From Mayamaea pseudoterrestris (taxonomy: Eukaryota), in the NCBI GenBank assembly GCA_027923505.1, contig BROI01000033.1, positions 1-64,000 of the forward strand: DNA of 64,000 nucleotides. Direction: 5' to 3'. Below, one piece after another: positions 15,114 through 28,349 of the stretch (positions within the stretch are counted from its first letter, which is position 1; the number at the start of each line of letters is the position of its first letter). The position numbers and the translations under genes are program-made. Under the pieces are notes generated by a model. That model made no database searches. It saw only the letters and a program-made list of their open reading frames with translations, and was not told where the DNA came from.

Positions 15114-16053
15114 CAGCCACCACCCGACACAACCCAACCCCAGTCATTTCCTGGAGGGTTTGAGGGTGTACCATTGAATGGATTGCACATCCTACATCCG
15201 TTATACATGCCTAATAATTGCAGAGACTCATATTGAAGCTGGCTGGCCCGTGGGTATGGCTATTGAGTGTAAACACCAAAACCATGTGGTATGGCAACCA
15301 TCCAACTCAACCCAACCGGAGCCACCAGCCACCAGCCACCATCCACCTCAACCCTATGTGGTCCACCAGCCACCATCCAACTCAACCCAACCCCGGTCAT
15401 TTTCCTGGAGGGTTTGGAGGTACACCATTGAATGGATTGCACATCCTACATCCGCCATATATGCAAAATAACCGCAGAGACTCAAATTGAAGCTGGTTGG
15501 CCCATGGGCATGGCTATTGAGTGTAAACACTGAAAAACCATAAGGTCTACCAGCCACCATCCACCTCAACCCAACCCCAGTCAATTACCTGGAGAGTTTG
15601 AGGGTGCACCATTGAATGGATTGCACATCCTACATCCTTTATGCTTGCCTAATAACCGCAAAGACTCATATTGAAGCTGGCTAGCCCATGGGCATGGCCA
15701 TTGAGTGTAAACACTGAAACCTATGTGGTCCACCAGCCACCATCAACTCAACCCAACCCCGGTCATTTTCCTGGAGGGTTTGAAGGTACACCATTATGCG
15801 TGCCTAATAACCGCAGCGACTCATATTGAAGCTGGCTGGCCCATGGTCATGGCTAGTGAGTGTACACAATGAAAAGCATAAGGTTGACCAGCCACCATCA
15901 ACTCAACCCAACCCCGGTCAGTTCCCTGGATGGTTTGAGGGTGCGCCATTGAATGGATTGCACATTTAAAATCCGTTATGTTTGCCTAATAACCGCAGAG
16001 ACTCATATTGAAGCTGGCTGGCCTATGGGTTATGGCTATTGAGTATAAACACT
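15114..16053. repeat. Satellite B array, block 3 (~5 copies with internal rearrangements)
   Basis: B units with a partial duplication near 15300-15370 and a deletion near 15795. Confidence 0.95.
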
Positions 16054-19000
16054 GGTGCCAACATCATTATTCAGGCTGCGCTACAAGATGGTAGGCTTAG
16101 CCGGTGTCTCAGGGGATGGCAATGTATTTGGTGACAACTTGTCACCAGTCTCAGCCCACAGATGCCTTGACATTCAAACGCCCCTACAGCAAGCCCTGTA
16201 GGTGCCCAAATTACACCAGAATGGTGCCAACATCATTTTTCAGGCTGCGCTACAAGTGGGTAGGCTTGGCTGGTGTCTCAGGGGATGGCAATGTATTTGG
16301 TGACAACTTGTCACCAGTCTCAGCCCGCAGATGCCTTGACATTCAAACGCCCCTACAGCAAGCCCTGTAGATACCCAAATTACACCAGAATGGTGCCAAC
16401 ATCATAATTTAGCCTGCGCTACGAGATGGTAGGCTTGGCTGGTGACTCAGGGCATGGCAATGTATTTGGTGACAACTTGTCACCAGTCTCAGCCCACAGA
16501 TGCCGTGACATTCAAACGCCCCTACAGCAAGCCCTGTAGGTGCCCAAATTACACCAGAATGAGCCAAACATCAATATTCATGCTGCGCTACGAGATGGTA
16601 GGCTTGGCTGGTGACTCAGGGCATGGCAATGTTTTTGTTGATAACTTGTCACCAGTCTCAGCCCACAGATGCCATGACATTCAAACGCCCCTACAGCAAG
16701 CCCTGTAGGTTCCCAAATTACACCAGAATGGTGCCAACATCATTATTCAGGCTGCGCTACAATTTGGTAGGCTTGGCTGGTGTCTCAGGGGATGGCAATG
16801 TATTTGGTGACAACTTGTCACCAGTCTCAGCCACAGATGCTGTGACATGCAAACGCCCCTACAGCAAGCCCTGTAGGTGCCCAAATTACACCAGAATGGT
16901 GCCAACATCATTATTCTGACTGCGCTACAAGTTGGTTGGCTTGGCTGGTGTCTCAGGGGATGACAATGTATTTGGGGACAACTTGTCACTAGTCTCAGCC
17001 CACAGATGCCGTGACATTCAAACGCCCCAACAGCAAGCCCTGTAGATGCCCAAATCACACCACATAGTGCCAACATCATTATTCCGCCTGCGCTACAAGA
17101 TGGTAGGTTTGGCTGGTGTCTCAGGGGATGACAATGTATTTGGTGACAACTTGTCACCAGTCTCAGCCCGCAGATGCCATGACATTCAAACGCCCCGACA
17201 GCAAGCCCCTGTAGGTGCCCAAGTTACACCAGAATGGTGCCAACATCATTATTCAGGCTGCCCTACAAGATGGAAGGCTTGGCTGGTGTCTCAGGGGATG
17301 GCAATGTATTTGGTGACAACTTGTCACCAATCTCAGCCGCAGATGCTGTGACATGCAAACGACCCTACAGCAAGCCCTGTAGGTGCCCAAATTACACCAG
17401 AATAGTGCCAACATCATTATTCCGGCTGCGCTAAAAGATGGTAGGCTTGGCTGGTGTCTCAGGGGATGGCAATGTATTTGGTGACAACATGTCATCAGTC
17501 TCAGCCCGCAGATGCCGTGACATTCAAACGTTCCTACAGCAAGCCCTGTAGGTGCCCAAATTACACCAGAATGGTGCCAACATCATTATTCCGGCTGCGC
17601 TACAAGATGGTAGGCTTGGCTGGTGTCTCAGGGGATGGCAATGTATTTGGTGACAACTTGTCACCAGTCTCTGCCCACAGATGCTGTGACAATCAAACGC
17701 CCCTACAGCAAGCCCTGTAGGTGCCCAAATTACACCAGAATGGTGCCAACATCATTTATCAGGCTGCGCTACAAGTTGGTAGGCTTAGTGGGTGTCTCAG
17801 GGGATGGCAATGTATTTGGTGACAACTTGTCACCAGTCTCAGCCCACAGATGCCGTGACATTCAAACGCCCCTACAGCAAGCCCTGTAGGTGCCCAAATT
17901 ACACCAGAATGGTGCCAACATAATTATTCAGGCTGCGCTACAAGTTGGTAGGCTTGGCTGGTGTCTCAGGGGATGGCAATGTATTTGGTGACAACTTGTC
18001 ACCAGTCTCAGCCCACAGATGCCGTGACATTCAAACGCCCCTACAGCAAGCCCTGTAGGTGCCCAAATTACACCAGAATGAGCCAAACATCAATATTCAT
18101 GCTGCGCTACGAGATGGTAGGCTTGGCTGGTGACTCAGGGCATGGCAATGTTTTTGTTGATAACTTGTCACCAGTCTCAGCCCACAGATGCCATGACATT
18201 CAAACGCCCCTACAGCAAGCCCTGTAGGTTCCCAAATTACACCAGAATGGTGCCAACATCATTATTCAGGCTGCGCTACAATTTGGTAGGCTTGGCTGGT
18301 GTCTCAGGGGATGGCAATGTATTTGGTGACAACTTGTCACCAGTCTCAGCCACAGATGCTGTGACATGCAAACGCCCCTACAGCAAGCCCTGTAGGTGCC
18401 CAAATTACACCAGAATGGTGCCAACATCATTATTCTGCCTGCGCTACAAGTTAGTTGGCTTGGCTGGTGTCTCAGGGGATGACAATGTATTTGGTGACAA
18501 CTTGTCACTAGTCTCAGCCCACAGATGCTGTGACATTCAAACACCCATACAGCAAGCCCTGTAGGTGCCCAAATTACACCAGAATGGTGCCAACATCATT
18601 ATTCCGGCTGCGCTACAAGATGGTAGGCTTAGCGGGTGTCTCAGGGGATGGCAATGTATTTGGTGACAACTTGTCACCAGTCTCAGCCCGCAGATGCCGT
18701 GACATTCAAACGCCCCTACAGCAAGCCCTGTAGGTGCCCAAATTACACCAGAATGGTGCCAACATCATTATTCGGGCTCCGCTTCAAGATGGAAGGCTTG
18801 GCTGGTGTCTCAGGGGATGACAATGTATTTGGTGACAACTTGTCACCAGTCTCGGCCTGCAGATGCCGTGACATTCAAACGCCCCTACAGCAGGCCATGT
18901 ATACACCCAAATGACACCAGAATGGTGCCAACATCATTATTCAGGCTGCGCTACAAGATGATATGCCTGGCTAGTGTCTCAGGGGATGGCAATGATATTG

Positions 19001-21232
19001 GTGACAACTTGTCACCAGTCTCAGCCTGCAGATGCCTTGACATTCAAACGCCCCTACAGCAGGCCATGTATACACCCAAATGACACCAGAATGGTGCCAA
19101 CATCATTATTCCGGCTGCGCTACAAGATGGTAGGCTTGGCTGGTGTCTCAGGGGATGGCAATGTATTTGGTGACAACTTGTCACCAGTCTCAGCCCACAG
19201 ATGCCGTGACATTCAAACGCCCCTACAGCAAGCCCTGTAGGTGCCCAAATTACACCAGAATGGTGCCAACATCATTATTCAGGCTGCGCTACAAGTTGGT
19301 AGGCTTGGCTGGTGTCTCAGGGGATGGCAATGTATTTGGTGACAACTTGTCACCAGTCTCAGCTCACAGGTGCCGTGACATTCAAACGCCCCTACAGCAA
19401 GCCCTGTAGGTGCCCAAATTACACCAGAATGGTGCCAACATCATTATTCCGGCTGCGCTACAAGATGGTAGGCTTGGCTGGTGTCTCAGGGGATGGCAAT
19501 GTATTTGGTGACAACTTGTCACCAGTCTCAGCCCACAGATGCCGTGACATTCAAACGCCCCTACAGCAAGCCCTGTAGGTGCCCAAATTACACCAGAATG
19601 GTGCCAACATCATTATTCTGGCTCCGCTACAGAGGAAGGCTTGGCTGGTGTCTCAGGGGATGGCAATGTATTTGGTGACAACTTGTCACCAGTCTCAGCC
19701 CGCAGATGCCGTGACATTCAAACGCCCCTACAGCAAGCCCTGTAGGTGCCCAAAACACACCAGAATGGTGCCAACATCATTATTCGGTCTGCGCTTCAAG
19801 ATGGTAGGTTTGGCTGGTGTCTCAGGGGATGCCAATGTATTTGGTGACAACTTGTCACCAGTCTCAGCCCGCAGATGCTGTGACATTCAAACGCCCCTAC
19901 AGCAAGCCCTGTAGGTGCCCAAATTACACCAGAATGGTGCCAACATCATTATTCAGGCTGCGCTACAAGATGGTTGGCTTGGCTGGTGTCTCAGGGGATG
20001 GCAATGTATTTGGTGACAACTTGTCACCAGTCTCAGCCCGCAGATGCCGTGACATTCAAACGCCCCTACAGCAAGCCCTGTAGGTGCCCAAATTACACCA
20101 GAATGGTGCCAACATCATTATTCCGCCTGAGCTACATGATGGAAGGCTTGGCTGGTGTCTCAGGGGATGGCAATGTATTTGGTGACAACTTGTCACCAGT
20201 CTGAGCCCGCAGATGCCGTGACATTCAAATGTTCCTACAGCAAGCCCTGTAGGTGCCCAAATTACACCAGAATGGTGCCAACATCATTATTCGGGCTCTG
20301 CTTCAAGATGGAAGGCTTGGCTGGTGTCTCAGGGGATGGCAATGTATTTGGTGACAACTTGTCACCAGTCTCAGCCCGCAGATGCTGTGACATTCAAACG
20401 TTCCTATAGCAAGCCCTGTAGATGCCCAAATTACACCAGAATGGTGCCAACATTATTATTCGGGCTCCGCTTCAAGATGGAAGGCTTGGCTGGTGTCTCA
20501 GGGGATGACAATGTATTTGGTGACAACTTGTCACCAGTCTCAGCCCGCAGATGCTGTGACATTCAAACGTTCCTATAGCAAGACCTTTAGGTGCCCAAAT
20601 CACACCACAATGGTGCCAACATTATTATTCAGGCTGTGCTACAAGATGGTAGGCTTGGCTGGTGTCTCAGGGGATGGCAATGTATTTGGTGACAACTTGT
20701 CACCAGTCTCAGCCCGCAGATGCCATGACATTCAAATGTTCCTACAGCAAGCCCTGTAGGTGCCCAAATTTCACCAGAATGGTGCCAACATCATTATTCC
20801 GGCTGTGCTACAAGATGGTTGGCTTGGCTGGTGTCTCAGGGGATGGCAATGTATTTGGCGACAACTTGTCACCAGTCTCAGCCCACAGATGCCATGACAT
20901 TGAAACGCCCCTACAGCAAGCCCTGTAGGTGCCCAAATTACACCAGAATGGTGCCAACATAATTATTCAGGCTGCGCTACAAGTTGGTAGGCTTGGCTGG
21001 TGTCTCAGGGGATGGCAATGTATTTGGTGACAACTTGTCACCAGTCTCATCCCGCAGATGCCGTGACATTCAAACGCCCCTACAGCAAGCCCTGTAGATG
21101 CCCAAATCACACCACAATGGTGCCAACATCATTACGCTGCCTGCGCTACATGATGGTATGCTTGCCTGGTGTCTCAGGGGATGACAATGTATTCAGTGAC
21201 ACCTGTCACCAGTCTGAGCCCGCAGATGCCGT
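16054..21232. repeat. Satellite A array, block 4 (left of the Copia insertion, ~30 monomers)
   Basis: 169-bp unit, ending in the Copia target duplication GCCGT (21228-21232). Confidence 0.97.
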
Positions 21233-24200
21233 TGACAAGTCGCAGAGCGGCGAAGTCAAGAGCCCGAACCCTAATTAGCTTGTGTCGAGTCCGCAGCTGT
21301 CGTATGTGACATGTGAATGAAGAAAGTGCGCAACCGTTATTATTGGCTGCGCTACACAAGATGGAAGGCTTGGCTGGTTTTTCAGGAGATGACAATGTAT
21401 TTGGTGACAACTTGTCACCAGTCTCAGCCCGCAGATGCAGTGACATTTAAACCCCCCAGCAAGCCCTGTAGGTGCCCAAATCACACCAGAATGGTGTCAA
21501 CATCATTTTTCAGGCTGTGCTACAAGATGGAAGGCTTGGCTGGTGTCTCAGGGGATGACAATGTATTTGTGACAACTTGTCACCAGTCTCAGCCCACAGA
21601 TGCCGTGACATTCAAATGCCCCTACAGAAGCCCTGTCGATGCCCAACTTACACCAGAATGGTGCCAACATCATTATTCCGGCTGTGCTACAAGATGGGGT
21701 TGGCTTGCTGGTGTCTCAGGGGAAATGAGGAACTACGTCTCAGCCATGGCCTGACTTTCGACGTGACGAACCTGTAAGGTGCCCAATTTCACCAGAATGG
21801 TGCCAACATCATTATTCCGGCTGTGCTACAAGATGGTGGCTTGGCTGGTGTCTCAGGGATGGCAATGTATTTGGTGACAACTTGTTACCAGTCTCAGCCC
21901 GCAGATGCCATGACATTTCAAAACGTTCCTACAGCAAGCCCTGTAGGTGCCCAAATTTCACCAGAATGGTGCCAACATCATTATTCCAGGCTGTGCTACA
22001 AGATGGTTGGCTTGGCTGGTGTCTCAGGGGATGGCAATGTATTTGGCGACAACTTGTCACCAGTCTCAGCCCCGGACTCCAGCATGCCATGAATAAGAAA
22101 AGAACTTACAGCAAGCCTGTAGGTGCCCAAATTACACCAGAATGGTGCCAACATAATTATATTCAAGGCTGCGCTACAAGTTGGTTGGCTTGGCTGAAAG
22201 AGGGGATGGTAATGTATTTGGCGACAACTTGTCACCAATCTCACTACAGATGCCATGATTGAACGCCCCTACAGCAAGTTCCCAGGTACTCAAATTACAC
22301 CAAATAACATAATTCATTCAGGCTGCGTGCTGGTAGGTCATTGGTGTCTCAGGGATGGCAATGGTCGCGAGCATTGACTTGGATAAGCATTCAGCGTCGA
22401 CTGTCGATCGCGGTGCGAGTGGCGGAGTATGGGAGCGGACGGACGCATCCTACCGAGGACAAGTTCCACAAGATTGAAGTCACTGGAGTCGGTGGTCTCA
22501 AGCTTCCGGACCTGTCTACCGTCACAGCAGTTGCCAAGCTTAAGAGCACCAAGGGTTGGGTCGTCGGCGAGTTCCATAATTACGCATATTCTGGAACTGG
22601 CAAGACGATTCAATAGTATGCAGGTGGAAGCCTTCGGTCTTCATGTCATCGACAAGCATTACAACTTTGGTGGCAAGTTACGAATCGAAACGCCAGATGG
22701 ATACAAGTTTATGCTCGGAATGGAAAGTGGCATGGCAACCTTGCTAATGTTTCCAGTATTGGCGCATGAGCTACACACCTTACCTCGAGTCATGATGACT
22801 TTCGATGGGCCTTGGGATCCGAATGAGTTTGACGTTGAGCCGACCGAGGACGATGACTATGACTCTTCGGATGACGATGATGACGAGGACAACGTACCAG
22901 ACTTGTTGTCACGCGACGAAGACGACGAAGACAGTGACAACGGCGAGGCGGGTTTCCGCGCGCGCGGTGCTCGCACCCATGCAGAGCAACGTGACTTATA
23001 CGGTGAACGACAATCAACCTGTTTACACCGAGAAGGAGCTGAATGTTTGTGCCGGCCGTACAGAAGTACAATGCGGATCTCGTCTATCAGCCCTACAAGT
23101 CTATCCTGCCAAAGAAACCCAATATCGACGCATGCTGCCAAACTTTGCATGGTACCCGCGCAGACACAAGGATACTTTCGCGCCACTACGCAGTTCAACA
23201 TGCACGCCGATACCCCCACGAATGCATCCGAAAGAGCCGATTCTGGAATCTACCGTCTAGATGATCGAGTACCATGACACCATGTTCTTCGACGAACCTG
23301 CCATGGTGACCATATCGACGGACATGCAGGTACATCGCGCAGCTATTCTATGGTTGTCGCAGTCAGATCATTGTCGTGTATCCCATGCGGACAAGGTAGC
23401 AGAAACGATTCCATTTCATCCGCGAGTTGGAGCTCGAGTCTTCTCGATAATGCGAAAGAACATGGTGCCGAAGTGACCGCGGTCATGATTCGCGTCGCAT
23501 AATGGAGCTTAATCAAAACCCAGCCGGGATATCGGCACGTAAAGGAAAGTCATGAACGACTTATGGACCAAACGGCACCCGGGCATGCTTCTGGCTGCGC
23601 CTACTCTCAGACCGAGTTGTACTCTTACCAGTTCCCATCGAGTTTATCACTGGGCAAGTTCCCGACGTGTCGAGGTTTGCATTTTCGTGGTTTGAAAAAC
23701 TACTTTGTCAAGATCCAGGCCCGGTACCGCAGCGTACGCTTGGTCCCAACATGACGGCGGAGACGACCTGACGTACTTCATCTGCGATTGCGAGAACAAT
23801 AGGAATCGGTTGCCCAAAACACCATTTACGGCACCTGCTTCCCCAGTCATGAAAGAAGGGGAGCCGCGTCTCTATACCGTACCTGGTCTGGTGGCGAATC
23901 TTATGGAAATGATCAAGAAGATTCCGACGCGCCACAGACGATGATTCTCATTTCACCTCGGACATCCTACACAGGCAAGGCGGACGGGAAACCGCGCGAG
24001 GCAAGATCTGCGAAACCCAGAGCCACGAAGACGGGCACAAAGCTCCAAAGTACGCACTGATGAAGCGCCGGGGCGTCATGAGCAAGCTGAACAACCGCGA
24101 CGCCCAGAACCATCAGAACATTAAAATGATGCTGAAGCTTGGTAACGGCGAAGCGGACGAAGTCATGTCATATGTCGAGGTTTCCGATCTCAACGAGGCC

Positions 24201-26662
24201 AAAGTGAACCAAGACATGGCGAATCCTGAGCGTAAATGGTTCTTCAAGGAGATTCTAGACCATCAGGGTCCGCTGACGAGCAAGTCGAAGAACTGGAAGC
24301 ACTCCAAGTGGAACGTCCTTGTACAATGGGACGATGGATCCAAGACTTGGGAGCCTCTCAACGCGATGATCGAAAGCGACAAAGTATCAGTGGCAGCCTA
24401 CGTGCAAAAGCATAATCTTCTCGACAAGGACGGATGGGCACCGTTGAATCGATGGGCCCGGAACGCCAAGAAGGTTGCGCGCAAGGTGGCGACTGCCCGA
24501 ATGGAGCAGCAGAAGAACGGACCGCGCTACAAGTTTGGAGTCCAAGTACCCCGAGACTGGAAGGAAGCGCGTCATCTACAAGAAGCTGCAGGGCACACAA
24601 AGTGGACGGATGCGGAAGGCGTGGAGCTTGCGAATCTGGACGAGTACGAGACGTTTCAAGATCTTGGTCCGAGTTCCACCACAACACCACCAACTGGTTA
24701 CCAGAAGATCCGAGTCCATTTTGTGTACGATGTCAAGCACGATTTGCGATACAAGGCACGTCTCGTTGCAGGCGGCCACATGACGAAAGACAACGACGAT
24801 GCCTACTCCAGTGTTATCTCATTGAAGGCAATGCGTCTAGCTCTCGTCATTGGAGAAGCAAACGGCAAGAAGTGCATGGTCGGTGACATTGGGAATGCTT
24901 ATCTCGAAGCGTTCACCAAGGAGAAGGTCTACTTCGTTGGAGGCCCCGAGTTCGGGGAGCGCAAAGGACACATCCTAGTCATCGTCAAGGCTTTGTACGG
25001 ATTGCGAACGAGCGGAGCACGATTTCACGAACGCTTAGCCGACGCCCTACTTGCGGAAGGGTGGAAGCCGTCCTATTGCGATTCCGATCTGTGGATCAAG
25101 GACGCCGGCGACAGCTACGACTACCTCTGTGTATGGGTCGACGATCTGTTGAATATTTCAGACGATCCCGCAGCGTTCTTCAAGATGCTAGAGGAGAAGT
25201 ACAAGTTTAAGCTCAAAGGTGCATTGGACATCGAGTATCATCTCGGCGGTGACTTTGAGAGCGTGACGAAACCCTTTACTGGTCGGCCAAGACCGCTGTA
25301 AACTCTTGGCCCTGAGTACGAGCGTTTGTTTGAAGGTCCTCCGAGAAGAGTACTCATCACCAATACAAAGACGATCATCCAGAACTTGACCAAAGCGAGC
25401 TACTGAACGACCAAGAGAAGAAGATTTACCAGTCTGGTGACTCATCAGGGGCAATTACTTTGGGACGATTTGACATTGCCGTTGCAGTTGTGAGTCTGTC
25501 GCGATTCCGTGTGGAGCCGCGCAAGGGACACCTGCAGCGGGTGAAGCGAGTCTGTGGATATTTGCGAGAGTTACCGGATGCAGCAATCCGTTTCCGTACG
25601 AAGTGGCCAGCCAACGAGGAGCACTTTGGCACCATGGAGGAACAAGATTGGGAGCGCAGCGTTTATGGGAAGGACGGAGTTGATGAGATGTTGGATGTCT
25701 ACCCACCGCCAAAGGGTGTGACTGTACGAACATCAACTTTCGAGGATGCGTGTCTCATGCATTGCATGGTGACAGGCAAGTCATTGGAAGGAGTTTTGTC
25801 ATTTGTCAACCAGACGCCTGTCGACTGGCATTGCAAACTCCAAGCTACAGTCGAGCCGCCTTCGGATCGGAATTTGGCGTAGCAAAGAGTGGAACGGATA
25901 TCAGCATTTCTCTACGTGCGTCGCTCATGGCTATGGGCGTACCATTGGAGAAGTCTGCCTGGATGTACGGAGACAACCAAGCAGTGATTACGCAATCTAC
26001 AATCCCGAGTTTGACATTGTCCAAGCGACACAATGCGTTGGCCTAAATCCAATCGAGTGTCTCAGCCGTAAGGGCAGTTGCTGCGGGGATTATTAAGTTT
26101 GTAAAGATTGACGGAAAGGAGAACATTGCGGACGTACTGACGAAGTACCTGCCGTACTGTGATGCGATGCCATTGCTCAAGCCAGTATTGTTTTGGCGCG
26201 GCGATACATCGTATGCGATTGTGAAGGACAAGAATGCGGCTACGACGAGCAGCGTACCCGAGGGGAGTGACAAGTCGCAGAGCGGCGAAGTCAAGAGCCC
26301 GAACCCTAATTAGCTTGTGTCGAGTCCGCAGCTGTCGTATGTGACATGTGAATGAAGAAAGTGCACAACCGTCGTGTGGATGCGTTGTATGAATGGAACG
26401 ACCAGTTACGACTGATGTAATGTGATTGAAAGAAATGGATTGATCGGATGATCTTCCGAGTGGTCGATGTAGTGATGTAGCGATAAGCTCACAATATAGA
26501 ACTACTAGTTTGCGACGAGAGTGCAGTCGTATTCGTGTAGTGGCAAGCGCAAGACTATTCGACGAGCCATCTCCATCAAGAGCTGTACAGACCGTGGCCA
26601 AGGACCCTGTATCGGAGCTTTTTGGAGGTAAGACGTTGACTGCGAAATCGTCAACGGTGTTA
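21233..26662 (+). mobile_element. Ty1/Copia LTR retrotransposon (diatom CoDi-type) inserted in satellite A; 5' part corrupted
   Basis: TSD GCCGT at 21228-21232 and 26663-26667. The 5' LTR start (21233-21337) matches the 3' LTR (26268-26662, 395 bp). PPT gaggggag at 26260-26267. Protease TVDRGASGG near 22400; RT motifs YKARLVAGGH, GDIGNAYL, KALYGL, VWVDD; RNase H motifs MYGDNQAVI and NIADVLTK. Confidence 0.95.
22365..26312 (+). pseudogene. Copia pol (protease-integrase-chromo-like-RT-RNaseH), multiply frameshifted
   Basis: Fragments across frames: 22429-23277, 24060-25301 (chromo-like WFFKEILDHQGP...WNVLVQWDDGSKTWEPL plus RT), 25460-25882 and 25750-26046. The final frame reads into the 3' LTR. 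Confidence 0.85.
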
Positions 26663-28349
26663 GCCGTGACATTCAAATGTTCCTACAGCAAGCCCTGTAG
26701 GTGCCCAAATCACACCACAATGGTGCAAACATTATTATTCAGGCTGTGCTACAAGATGGTAGGCTTGGCTGGTGTTTCAGGAGATGACAATGTATTTGGT
26801 GACAACTTGTCACCAGTCTCAGCCCGCAGATGCAGTGACATTTGAACACCCCAACAGCAAGCCCTGTAGGTGCCCAAATCACACCAGAATGGTGTCAACA
26901 TTATTATTCAGGCTGTGCTACAAGATGGTAGGCTTGGCTGGTGTCTCAGGAGATGACAATGTATTTGGTGACAACTTGTCACCAGTCTCAGCCCGCAGAT
27001 GCAGTGACATTTAAATGCCCCTACAGAAAGCCCTGTCAATACCCAAATTACACCAGAATGGTGCCAACATCATTATTCAGGCTGTGCTACAAGATGGTTG
27101 GCTTGCCTGGTGTCTCAGGGGATGGCAATGTATTTGGTGATAACGTGTCACCAGTCTCAGCCCGCAGATGCCATGACATTCAAACGTTCCTACAGCAAGC
27201 CCTGTAGGTGCCCAAATTTCACCAGAATGGTGCCAACATCATTATTCCGGCTGTGCTACAAGATGGTTGGCTTGGCTGGTGTCTCAGGGGATGGCAATGT
27301 ATTTGGCGACAACTTGTCACCAGTCTCAGCCCGCAGATGCCATGACATTCAAACGTTCCTACAGCAAGCCCTGTAGGTGCCCAAATTTCACCAGAATGGT
27401 GCCAACATCATTATTCCGGCTGTGCTACAAGATGGTTGGCTTGGCTGGTGTCTCAGGGGATGGCAATGTATTTGGCGACAACTTGTCACCAGTCTCAGCC
27501 CACAGATGCCATGACATTGAAACGCCCCTACAGCAAGCCCTGTAGGTGCCCAAATTACACCAGAATGGTGCCAACATAATTATTCAGGCTGCGCTACAAG
27601 TTGGTAGGCTTGGCTGGTGTCTCAGGGGATGGCAATGTATTTGGTGACAACTTGTCACCAGTCTCATCCCGCAGATGCCGTGACATTCAAACGCCCCTAC
27701 AGCAAGCCCTGTAGATGCCCAAATCACACCACAATGGTGCCAACATCATTACGCTGCCTGCGCTACATGATGGTATGCTTGTCTGGTGTCTCAGGGGATG
27801 ACAATGTATTCAGTGACACCTGTCACCAGTCTGAGCCCGCAGATGCCGTGACATTCAAATGTTCCTACAGCAAGCCCTGTAGGTGCCCAAATCACACCAC
27901 AATGGTGCAAACATTATTATTCAGGCTGTGCTACAAGATGGTAGGCTTGGCTGGTGTTTCAGGAGATGACAATGTATTTGGTGACAACTTGTCACCAGTC
28001 TCAGCCCGCAGATGCAGTGACATTTGAACACCCCAACAGCAAGCCCTTTAGGTGCCCAAATTTCACCAGAATGTTGCCAACATCATTATTCCGGCTGTGC
28101 TACAAGATGGTTGGCTTGGCTGGTGTCTCAGGGGATGGCAATGTATTTGGTGACAACATGTCACCAGTCTCATCCCGCAGATGCCGTGACATTCAAACGC
28201 CCCTACAGCAAGCCCTGTAGGTGCCCAAATTACACCAGAATGGTGCCAACATCATTATTCAGCCTCCGCTACATGATGGTTGGCTTGGCTGGTGTCTCAG
28301 GGGATGGCAATGTATTTGGTGACAACTTGTCACCAGTCTCAGCCCACAG
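26663..28349. repeat. Satellite A array, block 4 continued (10 monomers, 7-mer higher-order repeat)
   Basis: The diagnostic gccgtgacattcaaatgttcc...aatcacaccacaatggtgcaaac occurs at 26663 and 27845 (1182 bp apart). Confidence 0.97.
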
